A stretch of 64,000 nucleotides of DNA from Candidatus Latescibacterota bacterium (GTDB lineage: Bacteria > Latescibacterota > UBA2968 > UBA8231), in NCBI GenBank assembly GCA_965206595.1, contig OZ242214.1:6944001-7008000 (forward strand), written 5' to 3'. A program made the translations under genes and the position numbers. This document shows, one piece after another, positions 1-10,784 of the stretch. A model generated the notes under the pieces. It was not told the DNA's origin, did not search any database, and was given only the letters and a program-made list of their open reading frames with translations. Each line of letters starts with the position of its first letter. The stretch's first letter is position 1.

Positions 1-222
1 GCGGCGTTCGACGAAGGCTTCCACCAAGGCCGCGGGGAGCCCGGAGCGCTCTTGAGACATCGCCGCGGTGATCTCCATCAACGTCGGCGCACAAGATCCG
101 CGCGCGCTCATTTGCGCCTCCACCCGATCCAGCCATTGGTCCAAGGCTTCATGCGCCCGGCTTCGAAAGCGGTCCTGACTCTGCCGCTCCTGAAAAACTT
201 CCAGAGAGAGAATCGCACTCAT
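1..222 (-). CDS. N-terminus of a putative ISKra4-family transposase (partial)
   Basis: Hand translation MSAILSLEVFQERQSQDRFRSRAHEALDQWLDRVEAQM...PTLMEITAAMSQERSGLPAALVEAFVERR is open to the window edge with a GGGGAG RBS. Family call is from recalled resemblance. Confidence 0.5.
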   Translation of the reverse strand, partial: MSAILSLEVFQERQSQDRFRSRAHEALDQWLDRVEAQMSARGSCAPTLMEITAAMSQERSGLPAALVEAFVERR

Positions 223-345
223 CGCTCCCCTTCTTTCTGAAATCAGGGGAGCGCGCCGCAGGGGATGCGGCAAAAGAAAGCAACTTACTGTAAAATATAC
301 ACATACGCCACCTGAATTGCGCTATGACAATTACTTAAGACGCCC
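1..345 (-). mobile_element. Left end of a probable ISKra4-like IS (runs off the window edge), inserted into the IS701-like transposase
   Basis: Minus-strand end GGGCGTCTTAAGTAATTG at 345 coincides with the point where IS701-like coding sequence starts abruptly mid-gene (346). RBS and ATG lie at 222. Confidence 0.55.
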
Positions 346-1082
346 GATGGGACGGGAAATGGCTCAACGAACATCGCCTGGAATGGTTGCAGGAGCACCC
401 CTCGACGCGCTATTCGGGGCGCGGAGTGATCGCCATCGACAACACCTTGGTCGGCCACAGCGGAGACAAGATCGAGGACGTGGGTTGGTTCTGGGATCAC
501 TCCGACCAGCGCCATAGGATTGCCCACGACTACGTCATCGCCAACTACGTGTGCACCTCGGGGAAATACTATCCGATGGAATTCCGTCGCTTTCGCAAGC
601 GCCGGGAAGGGGAGACGGACGCGTCCTTCAAGAGCCATACCGAGCTGTTCAAAGAGCTGGTGGACGGGGTCGTGTGCCGACAGATCCCGGGTGATTTCGC
701 CTTCGACTGCTACTTCAGCAGTGTCGAGTGTCTCGATCACATCCATAGTCATGAGCGCGGCTACGTAGGAGCCCTGAAGAGCAACCGCAAGGTCGAGTTC
801 AAGGGCGGCCTGATGAAGGCCGCGGAAGTGGCTGCGAATATCCCACCCGAGGATCGCAAACAGGTCAGCATCGGCAAGCGCAAACAATGGTATTTCACCA
901 AAACCCTGAGTCTGCCCAAGCTCGAGCACCGGGTTCGCCTGGTGATCCTGTGGGATCGCAAGAACGGCAGGGAAGCGGTCAAGTTTCTACTCACCAATCG
1001 CGTGCACTGGGAGATCGCTCGTATACTGAACGTCTATCGCAAACGCTGGACAGGCACCGAGACCTTTCATCGGGACGGCAAG

Positions 1083-2483
1083 GAGCTACCTTCAAAAGGT
1101 GTGGAAAAAGAGAAAAGGCGACCCTAACCTTCCATTTTACAGTTCCAACCAAAACCGCCCGGTAGCCTCCGGGCACGGAAGGAGAGAGTCGCCATGAGAG
1201 AATCTACGCTGGAATCTGTAGCCCCGGCCATGCCCACGTTCGCCACGTTGGAGACCTGGGCCCGATCCTCGATCCAGGATCTGTTGCAACGGGTTCCGGA
1301 GGAGGAGGTGACGGAGTTTCTGGGACGGACGCGCTACCGGCGACGGTCCGCCGTAGACGGCACTCCCGGCTCCCGCAACGGGCACGGCAAACCGCGACAG
1401 GTGTCGTTGATGTCGGGCACCATCGAGGTGAGACGGCCGCGCGTTCGGGGATTGGAAGAGCGCTTCGAGAGTCGTATTCTGCCGCTGTTCATGCGCCGTA
1501 CCCACGAGGTGACCCGGATGCTGCCCGAGCTCTACCTGCACGGGCTGTCTCAGGGTGACTTCGAACGGGCTTTGCGGGGGCTTTTGGGCAACGGCGCTCC
1601 CCTGTCGGCTTCGTCCATTGGCCGGCTGCGGGCGCAGTGGGAGGAGGAGCTGGAGACTTGGCGAGAGCGACGTCTCGACGACCGCGAACTGGTGTATGCG
1701 TGGGCGGATGGCATCTACGTCAAGGCCGGGTTGGAGAAGGACAAGGCGGCCCTGCTGGTCGTCATCGGCGCCCTGAGTGATGGCCGGAAAGAGGTACTGG
1801 CCGTGTGGCCCGGCCACCGCGAGTCGACGGAGTCCTGGCTGAAGGTCCTGCGCGACCTGCGCGATCGGGGTCTGCGGGCCCCGCTGCTGTTGATGGCCGA
1901 CGGGGGCCTCCCAATTTGGAGCGCCACCGAACAGGTGTGGCCGCAGGCATCGCACCAGCGCTGCTGGAATCACAAGATCCTCAACGTGCTCGATGACCTG
2001 CCGAAGCGGGTTCAGGGAAAAGCGCGGGCGTTGTTGACGCAGATCCCTTCGGCGGAGACGCGCCAGGAGGCCGAGAACCGACGTAGCACGTTTGCCCGCC
2101 GCTACCGCGACCGGTATCCGCAGGCGGTAGCCACCCTCGAACGCGACTGGAAGCGCATGGTCACCTTCTACGACTTTCCCAGGGAGCACTGGAAACACCT
2201 GCGCACAACCAATCCGGTCGAGAGCCCCTTTGCGTCGCTACGCTTGAGGACCAATGCCGGAAAACGTTACAAACGCGTCCAGGGAGCAACCGCTCTGATT
2301 TGGCGCGTGTTGATGGTGGCAGAAAAACGCTTTCGAAAACTCAATGCGCCCGAATTACTGCCCCTCGTCTACGCCGGACAACAATACCAGGATGGGAAGC
2401 CCATCAAGAACGAAAAGACATCCACCAGGAGAAGGTTGGAGCGGGCCGCCTGATCTCATTTACACACCTTTTGACGTGACCTC
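1083..2483 (+). mobile_element. IS256-family insertion sequence, complete
   Basis: Imperfect TIRs GAGCTACCTTCAAAAGGTGT / GAGGTCACGTCAAAAGGTGT (reverse complement); 8-bp TSD ACGGCAAG at 1075-1082 and 2484-2491. Confidence 0.93.
1194..2453 (+). CDS. IS256-family (Mutator-type) transposase
   Basis: RNGH, YLHGLS, WADGIY, ESTESW, QRCWNHK and LRTTNPVES motifs. Confidence 0.95.
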   Translation: MRESTLESVAPAMPTFATLETWARSSIQDLLQRVPEEEVTEFLGRTRYRRRSAVDGTPGSRNGHGKPRQVSLMSGTIEVRRPRVRGLEERFESRILPLFMRRTHEVTRMLPELYLHGLSQGDFERALRGLLGNGAPLSASSIGRLRAQWEEELETWRERRLDDRELVYAWADGIYVKAGLEKDKAALLVVIGALSDGRKEVLAVWPGHRESTESWLKVLRDLRDRGLRAPLLLMADGGLPIWSATEQVWPQASHQRCWNHKILNVLDDLPKRVQGKARALLTQIPSAETRQEAENRRSTFARRYRDRYPQAVATLERDWKRMVTFYDFPREHWKHLRTTNPVESPFASLRLRTNAGKRYKRVQGATALIWRVLMVAEKRFRKLNAPELLPLVYAGQQYQDGKPIKNEKTSTRRRLERAA

Positions 2484-2960
2484 ACGGCAAGCACCATCTG
2501 GGCATGGGAGACTGTCAGTTACGCAGCGGCGAGGGCCAGACCCGGCATAGGTACCTCGTGATGCTGACGCACAGTCTGCTCAGGGCACGGATGCGGCAGG
2601 GCCGTGCGCGTGACTGGGCTCATACCGTGCTGACAACCATTGGCGAAGCCTGTCGAGCCGTGTCGCGAGAAACGCTCAACAAAACCATCTCCTGGGTAGT
2701 GGACCAAACCACAATAGGGTGGACAGAGCAGCGAATTGTCGCACACCTAAAACTTTAGTGAAAAAGCGGAGTTTGCAAAAGTCCAGTCCTGAGTTAAACA
2801 ATCCGGTGAAGATGGCTTATGACAACGGAAACGGCAGACAAGCCAGCGTCCTTGATGGGGGCGATTTCACTGTTGTTCAGACCGATACGGATACTACCCT
2901 GAACGGCATAGTCGATGTCGGAATGAAGGCAGCAGGAGCGTTGTATTCGGGGAATATCAA

Positions 2961-4783
2961 CCCTTGTTATTCATGGAATTTTAGTGGAGAGGGCTGTACT
3001 GGGTGCCTCCCATGCTTAGATTTCAGAGGGAAACACAAGGCAGTATCGCCCTTTGAACCCATCACACAGTAGGACACCCAATGGGTGAATTACCGTCACA
3101 CACCGAGTCCGAGCAAGCCGGGCCGATTCAGCCGTCTTTCAACCGCTCCATCCACATCGAAGCCCGCCCCACCCACCTTGGCAGCGACACCGGTGCGCTG
3201 ATTGGGTCGACGCCCACTTCGAGGATCTCCGTACCCAAGACCAGATCACGCACCCGCTGCCGGAGCTGCTGCGCACACAGATCGTGCTGCTGGCACAGGG
3301 CTGGACCCACGCCGCCGACGCCGACGCGTTGCGCCAAGATCCGATCCTGCGTCTGGCGGTCAGCGATCGCAAAGGGCAGGCGCCGTTGCGCAGCGGCGAC
3401 GAAGACCGGCCGCAGGGACTGGCCAGTCAGCCGACGCTGTCGCGCCTGCTCGAGCAAGCCTCGACTGCCTATAACCGCGAGGTGTTGGAGGAAGCCGTCC
3501 TGCGCAGCGCCCGGTCTCGTTGCCGGCTGCTGGAAGGACGGATGAAATACGAGGAGTTGGCCGTCGACATGGATGCCCTGCCGATGCCGGCGCACGGGCA
3601 CCAGGCGGGGGTCGAATACAACGGCTACTTCCACGCCTCGGGGTACCATCCCCTGCTCCTCGGCTCGGCGCAGACGGGCGATTTCTTCGGTGCCGTGCTG
3701 CGGCCGGGCAACGTGCACGCCCATGAGGGCGCCTCAGAGGCTCTCGGCAAGCGCTTGGACTGGATTCAGTCGCATCTGGCCCGGCGCCTCATCCTGCGCT
3801 TCGACGCGGCCTCGGTGAGCGGGTCTTTCCTGAGTGAGCTGGAAGCGCGGGCCGACACCTCGTACGTGGCGCGCATCAAGAAGAATGCGCGCCTGGAGGA
3901 GCTGGCTCGTGCCTGGGTGGAAGGCTATCAGCAGGAGCTGGCGCAGCACCCGGAAGAGCTGCGGGAAGAGGGTTTTCGCTGTCGCGAGCTGCGCTATCAA
4001 GCCAGGTCCTGGGCGCAGCCCCGGCGGGTGGTGTTGGTCCTGGTCCCTTCCGAGACGGAAGAGCTGCCCATCGCCCGCCACTTCTTCCTGATCACCGACC
4101 AGAGTCCCCAGACGATGAGCGGCCGCGACCTGGTCGCCTTTTATCGTCAGCGCGGCCTTTTCGAGCGCATGCTCGGCGAGTTGAGCTCCACCCTCCAGCC
4201 TCAGCTCTCCTCTACCACCCGTCGCAAGCAACACTACCGGGGTCGAGAGCCGCGTCAGCGCACCCCGTCCCGGGATGCCTTCGCTGCCAACCAGGCGCTT
4301 CTGACCTTGAACCTGCTGGCCTACAACCTGCTTCACCTGGGCCGCCAGGCCGCCGAACGCGCCGAGGCCCGACGCGGGCGGCCCCGCACATACGGACGCT
4401 CGACGACGGCCCTGAGCCTGGACAGTTTTCGACGGCGCTACCTGCGCCTGCCGTCCCGCGTCACCTTGCATGGGCGCAGGGTGGGCGTCATCCTGACCCA
4501 AGGGACGGCGGCTGCCTGGGATCGTCTGTGGAGATTTCTGGCCACGCTCAAACCGGTGGACGCGGCGATGGCGTAAGCGCAGGCCGGGTCGGTCGGGATG
4601 ATGGGCTCGCAAAGGCAAGCGTCTTCGAGAAGGCGTGTACAATTTCAACAAGGTCGGTAGAGATAAGGAGACGGCTCTACCCAAAAAGCCGACTATAGAA
4701 GGGACGCAAGCCTCTGAGGCTAAGCAAAGGGGTCTCGGAAGCGCCTATGTCCGCTTATGCGCGGGTTGAATGAATAACAAAGG
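2961..4783 (+). mobile_element. IS1380-family insertion sequence, copy 1 (defective)
   Basis: TIRs CCCTTGTTATTCAT / ATGAATAACAAAGG; near-identical to 44420-46279; imperfect 5-bp TSD ATCAA/CTCAA. Confidence 0.92.
3081..4576 (+). pseudogene. IS1380 transposase frameshifted by a 37-bp deletion near 3200
   Basis: Lacks the TGTTGCGTCAACTGCTCGAACAC... segment present in copy 2 (1823 vs 1860 bp); split into ORFs 3081.. and 3284..4576. Confidence 0.9.
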
Positions 4784-5319
4784 CTCAAAGACTGGTATTG
4801 CGAGAGCAGCGAGAATGCAGGTTCCAGCAAGGTCAGCTTTTGGATGATGATTGACGATCCTGATGCCCCAGTTGATATGATTCTGATGAAGGATCTATAC
4901 GTCTTATACAACAAATACAACAGCTACGCGAATAAGCCCTACTCCCTGAACATATCGCAGCCAGTGTTTCTTGAAGAATTTGCCAAAGCCTGCGACGTTG
5001 TTATTACCGACCCCTTCGTCCATCCGGGCACGAGAGCGGGGAAATACAACCAGAACCGCATTAGTGATGCAGCGGCAGAGCTGATATACGTCACTCGGGG
5101 AGACGGTAAAAGGTCGGTTCTTATTCTATGGTGGTGGGATCCCAACGAAGACAACCCCGCTCCTGGGGCCAATACTTCGGTCCTTTTCGGAAACTCCTTC
5201 GACAAGGCAGCAGAAAGTGACGTTGACGGCATCGGCGGGTGGAACTTCTCAGGGAGTGGGAATGATCTCAACTCCTTCACCAGCGATGATCCGGCAAAGA
5301 CTCAGAAAATCAGAGCCCT

Positions 5320-6381
5320 ATGGAGTGCAATAAAATCCAAAAATTCAGGCTGGCAGTCGCCTTCGTAGTTGTAGCTGTTGTCAGCATAGCTGGCGCAGAA
5401 GAGAAGATTCTATTCAGCTCCGAGGACTGCGGTGGGATATGCGTATCCGATCCGGTCCCCGGAGCTTTTCTAATTCACCTGTCTGTCGATGAATCCCTAA
5501 GTGATACTACTGAGGGATCAATTTTTGATGGATTTCAGGTTGTAGACTTCGACGTGTCTCCAGACGGAAAGAAGATTGCTTTTCTTTCGTATAACGGAGC
5601 GCAGTCAGACATATGGGTAATGAACTCGGATGGCACTGACCTTGATAGAACAAGGCATCAATCGAGATACTGGATTGATCCAAGGCATCCAGAAAACAAA
5701 GAGATAACTCTTCGTCCGTGGTATTTGGGAGGGATTGCATGGTCTCCTGATGGATCAGAATTCCTTTGGACAGGTGCTTTTGTTAGGGGTGGTGGAATTG
5801 GTTTTACAGACCAGAACGGTAGACCAAGGGGATACATAGATCATTATCCGATTGATGGCATCGGGAATTCTATCTATTGGTCGGCCCTTAGTGGGGATAT
5901 TGTTTTTTCAAAAAATGGAATAGTCAGAATAAACCGAGAGGGAGACAAGATACAGGAATTTGATGTCCTCGGGCGCCACCCCCACCTATCTCCAGACGAA
6001 ACCAAACTGTCATTTTCTTTTCCGGGAGTGCGTTACAGCAGACGACAGGGATTAGAGGACAATGCTGTCAAAGACAGTCTTTTCGTTATGGACATGGAAA
6101 CCCGAGAAATAACATTTGTCGATCATGGATTAGAGCATGATTGGTCTCCGGATTCTCAGAGGCTTGTGTATGGATATTGGCCCTATGGAGGTAGCGAGGG
6201 GACTGTGTTCATTATCGATGCAGACGGAACTAATCAGGTTACTTTTTATGAATCTCAAAGTTACGTTACAGATATCGAATGGGTTTCCATATTCGATCCA
6301 TCCGGGCCGACAGGCATATCTCCAACCTCCTGGGGAGCTGTGAAAAATTCGGTGGACACCAATAGAGAGGACGACCGATGA
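5320..6381 (+). CDS. Secreted TolB/PD40-like beta-propeller protein with a C-terminal SWGxxK tag
   Basis: Signal peptide; SPDGKKIAF, WSPDG, WSPDS repeats; C-terminus PTGISPTSWGAVK. Confidence 0.8.
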   Translation: MECNKIQKFRLAVAFVVVAVVSIAGAEEKILFSSEDCGGICVSDPVPGAFLIHLSVDESLSDTTEGSIFDGFQVVDFDVSPDGKKIAFLSYNGAQSDIWVMNSDGTDLDRTRHQSRYWIDPRHPENKEITLRPWYLGGIAWSPDGSEFLWTGAFVRGGGIGFTDQNGRPRGYIDHYPIDGIGNSIYWSALSGDIVFSKNGIVRINREGDKIQEFDVLGRHPHLSPDETKLSFSFPGVRYSRRQGLEDNAVKDSLFVMDMETREITFVDHGLEHDWSPDSQRLVYGYWPYGGSEGTVFIIDADGTNQVTFYESQSYVTDIEWVSIFDPSGPTGISPTSWGAVKNSVDTNREDDR

Positions 6382-6394
6382 ATAGATTCCTTAA

Positions 6395-6646
6395 CCCTTG
6401 TTATTCATGCAACCCGCGCATAGGCGGGCATAGGCGCTTCCGAGCCCCAATCGCATAGCCTCAGCGGCTTGCGTCCTTACTATAGTTGCCTTTTTGGGTA
6501 GAGCCGTCCCCGTACCTCTACAGACCTTTTTGAAATTGTACCCGCCTCCGTGGAGACGCTTCGCGTCCGAGCCCCCCCCCCCCGGACGACCCGGTCCCGG
6601 GGTTACGACCCAAGGGATGGCGGCTGCCTGGGACCGTCTGTGGAGA
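6395..6646 (-). mobile_element. Rearranged remnant of a related IS1380 (inverted right end plus a short direct-orientation transposase fragment)
   Basis: CCCTTGTTATTCATGCAACCCGCGCATAGGCGG resembles the reverse complement of the IS1380 right end; 6607-6646 matches 4496-4535. Confidence 0.75.
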
Positions 6647-6647
6647 C

Positions 6648-7241
6648 CACCGCTACTACCCGGCTCCCCATCGCTACCCCTACACCGCCGAGGATTTCGC
6701 CCGCCTGCGTTACCTGGCCTACCCCGACCTCTTCGCCCACAAGGACAAGACCTTCTACGTCGGTCCGGGCGCCGACCGCCCCGAGGCGGTCACCTACGGC
6801 CTCGGCGAGCAGCTGCCGCACCCCCTCGCCCCCGGCGAGTCGCGGACCGTGACCCTCGACGTGGCCGACGACATCGCCGCAAAACAGAAAGCCGGAGAAC
6901 TCTGGCGCTGCGAGCTGCAAGAGCTGCTGCAAGAGGACGAGGTGCGTTTGTTCTGGAACGGCGGCGAGATCGACGGCGGCGAGATACGCAAGGCCGACTA
7001 CGTCTTCCAGATGCGCCCCGGGGCGTGCACGCGGGGGTACCGCCTGCACGTCGACCTGAGCAGGGGGAGGGTGCCGGAGCAGGGGACCAACGAGCTGCGC
7101 GTCGAGCTGGTTACCAAGGACGAGCGCCTCGTCGACCCGGTCTCCGTGCACGACGTCTTCCTGGTGGTCGAGTACCTCAGACACCGGCACGCCCTCAGGG
7201 ACAACGAGCAGTACGGAATGCAGACGACCTTCACGCCGTAA
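6648..7241 (+). pseudogene. 3' fragment of a truncated gene (possibly the C-terminus of a GHL10/DUF187-like glycoside hydrolase)
   Basis: High-GC open frame HRYYPAPHRYPYTAEDFARLRYLAYPDLFAHKDKTFYV... starts directly after the IS remnant with no start codon. Confidence 0.55.
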
Positions 7242-7414
7242 GCCCGTCCGGCGGAAACAACCGGCCGATTCTGCAGCGCTCCGGGTCCGGGCCGGGCAGC
7301 AGGATTCCGTGAAAGAGGATCAGCGGCAAACGGCGAATTCCGCGTGAATTCGCCATCGACGTGCTTGCTGCTGATCGGCTTGCCCCTGACCCCGGGGGCC
7401 GCCGCGTCAAAGCG

Positions 7415-8521
7415 CTATCCCGAGCGGTACTGCGCGAGCAGCTCGTAGTCCGGCTCCATCCCCAGGCCGGGGCGGTCCGGCACGGCCACGCAGCCCTCGG
7501 CGTCGAGCTTGAGCGGCTCCTTGAAGATGCGGCCCCGCAGCGGGTCGACGGTCTCGCGGTAGAACTCGAGGATCAGCCCGTTGGCGATCGCCGCCACCAG
7601 GTGGATGTGGATCTCCTGGGCGCCGTGCGGGGCGATGCGCAGGTCCTGCGCCGCGGCCAGCGCCGCGACGTTCATGAACTCGGTGATGCCCCCGAGGATC
7701 TGCGCGTCGGCGTTGAAGATGGCGGCCGACTCGTGCTCGATGAGGTCGCGGAAGCCGTAGCGGGTGTACTCGTTCTCGCCGGTGGCGATCGGGATCGCCG
7801 TCGCCCTGGCGACCTGGGCGTGGCCGCGGTAGTCGTCGGGGGCCACCGGCTCCTCGAACCAGAAGACGTCGAACGGCTCGATCTTTCGCGCCAGCTCGAT
7901 CGCCTCGTACGCGGCATAGGCGTTGTTGGCGTCGACGAGCAGCTTGATGTCCGGGCCGATCGCCTCGCGCACCGCCCGCACGCGCTCGACGTCCTCGGTT
8001 ATGGGCACGGCCCCGACCTTCATCTTAACCGCCTTCGCGCCGAGATCGAGGCTCTCCTCCATCTCCAGGGCCAGCTCCTTCAGCCCCTTCCCCTCCTCGT
8101 AGTAGCCCCCGGCGACGTACGCCGGGATGCGGTCGGTGAAGCCGCCGAGCAGCTTGTGCACCGGCTTCCCCAGGGCCTTCCCCATCAGGTCCCACAGGGC
8201 GATGTCGATGGCGCTGATGATGTGGGTCGACATGCCGCGGCGGCCGACGATCTTCGGCAGCCACATGTTCTCCCAGAGGCGGCGGTACGCGAAGGGGTCT
8301 TCCCCGATCAGGGCCTCCCGGAAGTGGGCCACCATGGCCTCGCCCACGGCTCCGGGCCGGGTGGCCGCGGTGCCTCCGCCCCAGCCGATCCCCGACAGCC
8401 CTTCGTCGGTGTGCACGTGCACGAGGTTGAGCACCACCGTCCTGTAGGTGTACTTGCCGTTGCGGATCGGCTTCGGCCGCGGCCAGGCGTAGCAGTCGAT
8501 GGTCACGTCGGTGATTTTCAT
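7415..8521 (-). CDS. Mandelate racemase/muconate lactonizing enzyme family protein
   Basis: MKITDV start; SAIDIALWDL, KMKVG, DAN, WFEEP and GEN motifs. Confidence 0.93.
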   Translation of the reverse strand: MKITDVTIDCYAWPRPKPIRNGKYTYRTVVLNLVHVHTDEGLSGIGWGGGTAATRPGAVGEAMVAHFREALIGEDPFAYRRLWENMWLPKIVGRRGMSTHIISAIDIALWDLMGKALGKPVHKLLGGFTDRIPAYVAGGYYEEGKGLKELALEMEESLDLGAKAVKMKVGAVPITEDVERVRAVREAIGPDIKLLVDANNAYAAYEAIELARKIEPFDVFWFEEPVAPDDYRGHAQVARATAIPIATGENEYTRYGFRDLIEHESAAIFNADAQILGGITEFMNVAALAAAQDLRIAPHGAQEIHIHLVAAIANGLILEFYRETVDPLRGRIFKEPLKLDAEGCVAVPDRPGLGMEPDYELLAQYRSG

Positions 8522-8525
8522 CCGG

Positions 8526-9542
8526 CTATCCCACCTTAACAGGCAACACCCACGCACAGGGGGCGCCGGCGTCGTACTCGGCCGCCGGCTCGAGGGCGCC
8601 CCGTCCGTCGATGGCGAACGAGATCAGGATGTTGGACTGGTCGGCTCCCGAGAGCAGGTAATCGCCGTCGGCGTCGATCCCGAAGGAGCGGGGCATCCTG
8701 CCGGCCGGCTGCTGCCCCAGCGAGGAGATGGCGCCGCTTACCGGGTCGACGGCGAACATGGCGATGCTGTCCGGCCCCCGGTTCGAGGCGTACACGGCGC
8801 GCCCGTCCGGATGCAGGTGGAGCTGCGCGTTCGACTTCTCCCCCTCGAACCCCGCGGCCGGCAGGGTCGACTCGGTCTGCACCGCTTTGAGCTTCCCGCT
8901 GGTTTTGTCGAGGTGGTATACGGTGACACTGCACTCCTGCTCGTTGTCGGCGTACATGACGTCGAGGCGCGGGTGGAAGGCCATGTGGCGCGGTCCCTGG
9001 CCGGGACCTGCCGCGGTCTTTCCGTTGGGGGTCAGCCTGCCGCTGTTCTCGTCGAACAGGAACTGGTATATGGCGTTGGCGCCTTGGACGTGCGGCACGA
9101 AGGCGTAGCGGTTGGACGGGTCGGTCGCCACCCAGTGGGCGTAGCGCTCGGTTTCGCGGCGGTCGGCAGGAGGTCCGCAGGCGGCGCCGTCGGCCCCGAT
9201 CGGGTGCACGGTGACCAGACCGTCGCTGTAGTAGGCGGCCAGCAGGAAGCGGCCGCGGCGGTCGGTCGCCAGGTAGCAGGGGTGGCAGCCTTCGAGATCG
9301 ACCTCGCCGATCAATGAAAGGCCGCCGCTGCCCGGGTCGATGGCGTAGGTGGCGACGGCGATGTCCGACTCCTGCCGGGTCGTCACGTACAGGTGCCTTC
9401 TGTCCGGGTCCGTGCACATGGCCGAGCCGGCCGCGCGCAGCTCGATCTCCTCCGTCAGGATCAGGCCGCCCGAGCCGGGGTCGAGCTCGAGGATCAGCAG
9501 TCTCGGTTCGCCGCCTGTTGGGACGTAGACGTAATGGCCCAT
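8526..9542 (-). CDS. Lactonase family protein (6-phosphogluconolactonase/cycloisomerase-2 propeller)
   Basis: GPRHMAFHP, YASNRG and PRSF motifs. Confidence 0.9.
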   Translation of the reverse strand: MGHYVYVPTGGEPRLLILELDPGSGGLILTEEIELRAAGSAMCTDPDRRHLYVTTRQESDIAVATYAIDPGSGGLSLIGEVDLEGCHPCYLATDRRGRFLLAAYYSDGLVTVHPIGADGAACGPPADRRETERYAHWVATDPSNRYAFVPHVQGANAIYQFLFDENSGRLTPNGKTAAGPGQGPRHMAFHPRLDVMYADNEQECSVTVYHLDKTSGKLKAVQTESTLPAAGFEGEKSNAQLHLHPDGRAVYASNRGPDSIAMFAVDPVSGAISSLGQQPAGRMPRSFGIDADGDYLLSGADQSNILISFAIDGRGALEPAAEYDAGAPCAWVLPVKVG

Positions 9543-9594
9543 TTTGCGTCCTTTCTGTCGATTGTCAGCGGCCTGAAACGAAGAGGAGGAGCCG

Positions 9595-9969
9595 ATGCAA
9601 CGCAAGAACATCCCCGCCCCCGGAGAATTCCCCGCGGCCTACGGGTACTCCCGCGCCGTCAGGGTCGGCGATCAGATCCACGTCGCCGGCACCTGCGCCC
9701 AGCCTCCGCACGATACCGGGGACGCCTACGAACAGGCCACCGGCGCGCTGCGGATCATCGAGAACGCCCTCGCCGAAGCCGGGGCCTCTCTCGCCGACGT
9801 CGTGCGGACTGTCGTCTACATCACCGGGGTGGAGCACGCCGACGGGGTGACGCGCGCCCACGGAGAGGCCTTCCGAGGCGTCATGCCGGCGTCGACCATG
9901 GTGGTGATCGCCGCGCTCCTGAAACCGAACCTGTTCGTCGAGATCGAAGCCTACGCGATCCTGTCGTGA
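9595..9969 (+). CDS. RidA/YjgF family protein
   Basis: GYSRAVRVG, VAGT, DVVRT, PASTMV, VEIEA. Confidence 0.9.
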   Translation: MQRKNIPAPGEFPAAYGYSRAVRVGDQIHVAGTCAQPPHDTGDAYEQATGALRIIENALAEAGASLADVVRTVVYITGVEHADGVTRAHGEAFRGVMPASTMVVIAALLKPNLFVEIEAYAILS

Positions 9970-10045
9970 AGGAGCGGCTGTCCGGTGTGAACGGCGGCGC
10001 GGGGTCACAGCCGCCCGGTTATATTTCGATGGACAAGGAAATGCC

Positions 10046-10390
10046 ATGGAAACAGCCGAGCCGGCCTGGGCGATAACCCAGGAAAAGGTCGACGAAACAG
10101 TCGCAAGGATCGTGCAGAAGTGTTCGCCCCGCCGGGTCATACTGTTCGGCTCCTTCGCGCGTGGCGAGAGCGATCGCAACAGCGATCTCGACCTGCTGGT
10201 TGTGACCCGGCACGAGGTCGAGAGCCCGCGGCGAGAAAGCGTGCGGATCCGCCGGGCATTACGCGACATCTCCATGCCCATGGATATCCTGGTCGTGTCG
10301 GAGAGCAGGCTGCAGGCTCTGGCGGACGCCCCCGGACTGATCTACCGCGAGGCGCTGCGCAACGGCAAGGTCGTTTATGAGTCGCGGTGA
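10046..10390 (+). CDS. Minimal nucleotidyltransferase (MNT antitoxin-like)
   Basis: ILFGSFARG...SDLDLLV motif; overlaps the HEPN gene. Confidence 0.9.
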   Translation: METAEPAWAITQEKVDETVARIVQKCSPRRVILFGSFARGESDRNSDLDLLVVTRHEVESPRRESVRIRRALRDISMPMDILVVSESRLQALADAPGLIYREALRNGKVVYESR

Positions 10391-10781
10391 CAGCCTTCCG
10401 CAGTCCGCCGCCGAGTGGCTGGCGCATGCGGAAAGCGACCTGCGCCTCGGCCGGCTGGGGTCGGGGGAGGAAGAGATTTTACCTGCTCAGATCTGCTTTC
10501 ACGCCCAACAAGCAGCTGAGAAAGCCCTGAAAGCCGTTCTTCTTTCCGCGGGAACGGATTTTCCGCTGACACATGATCTCGGGCAACTTCTCGAGCTGTG
10601 CGGCCACGCCGGAATTGAGATCCCTCCCGAAATCCTGGAGACCGACGGTCTGACCCCCTATGCTGTCGAGACCCGCTATCCCGGACAGCTTGACGAAGTC
10701 ACTCGTGCGGAAATGAGGCACGCCCTCATGCTGGCGGCCGAGACGGTCGCCTGGGCTCGCTCTCTGTTGGACGAAGGGTAG
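10377..10781 (+). CDS. HEPN domain protein (partner of MNT, TA-like pair)
   Basis: CFHAQQAAEKALKA, THDL, RYP motifs. Confidence 0.9.
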   Translation: MSRGDSLPQSAAEWLAHAESDLRLGRLGSGEEEILPAQICFHAQQAAEKALKAVLLSAGTDFPLTHDLGQLLELCGHAGIEIPPEILETDGLTPYAVETRYPGQLDEVTRAEMRHALMLAAETVAWARSLLDEG

Positions 10782-10784
10782 TCC

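Larger units (their letters stand above)
346..2758 (+). pseudogene. IS701-like DDE transposase, interrupted
   Basis: Motifs AIDNTL, FDCYFS, YRKRWTGTETFHRDGK. Removing IS256 and one TSD joins ...DGK in frame to HHLGMGDCQLRSGEGQTRH... Confidence 0.8.
346..2786 (+). mobile_element. IS701-like (DDE) element remnant, 5'-truncated and split by IS256
   Basis: Transposase fragments at 346-1082 and 2492-2758; probable right end ...GCAAAAGTCCAG at 2786. Confidence 0.7.
2787..5368 (+). pseudogene. Lower-GC hypothetical gene (possibly a glycoside-hydrolase-like TIM barrel), truncated by the IS701-like element and interrupted by IS1380
   Basis: Removing 2961-4788 joins ...GALYSGNI to KDWYCESSENAGSSKVSFWMMIDDPD... 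in frame with ORF 4844-5368. Confidence 0.7.

Noticed and set aside
6572-6583. C12 homopolymer as a phase-variation tract
   Set aside because: Lies within a dead IS remnant, not in a gene or promoter
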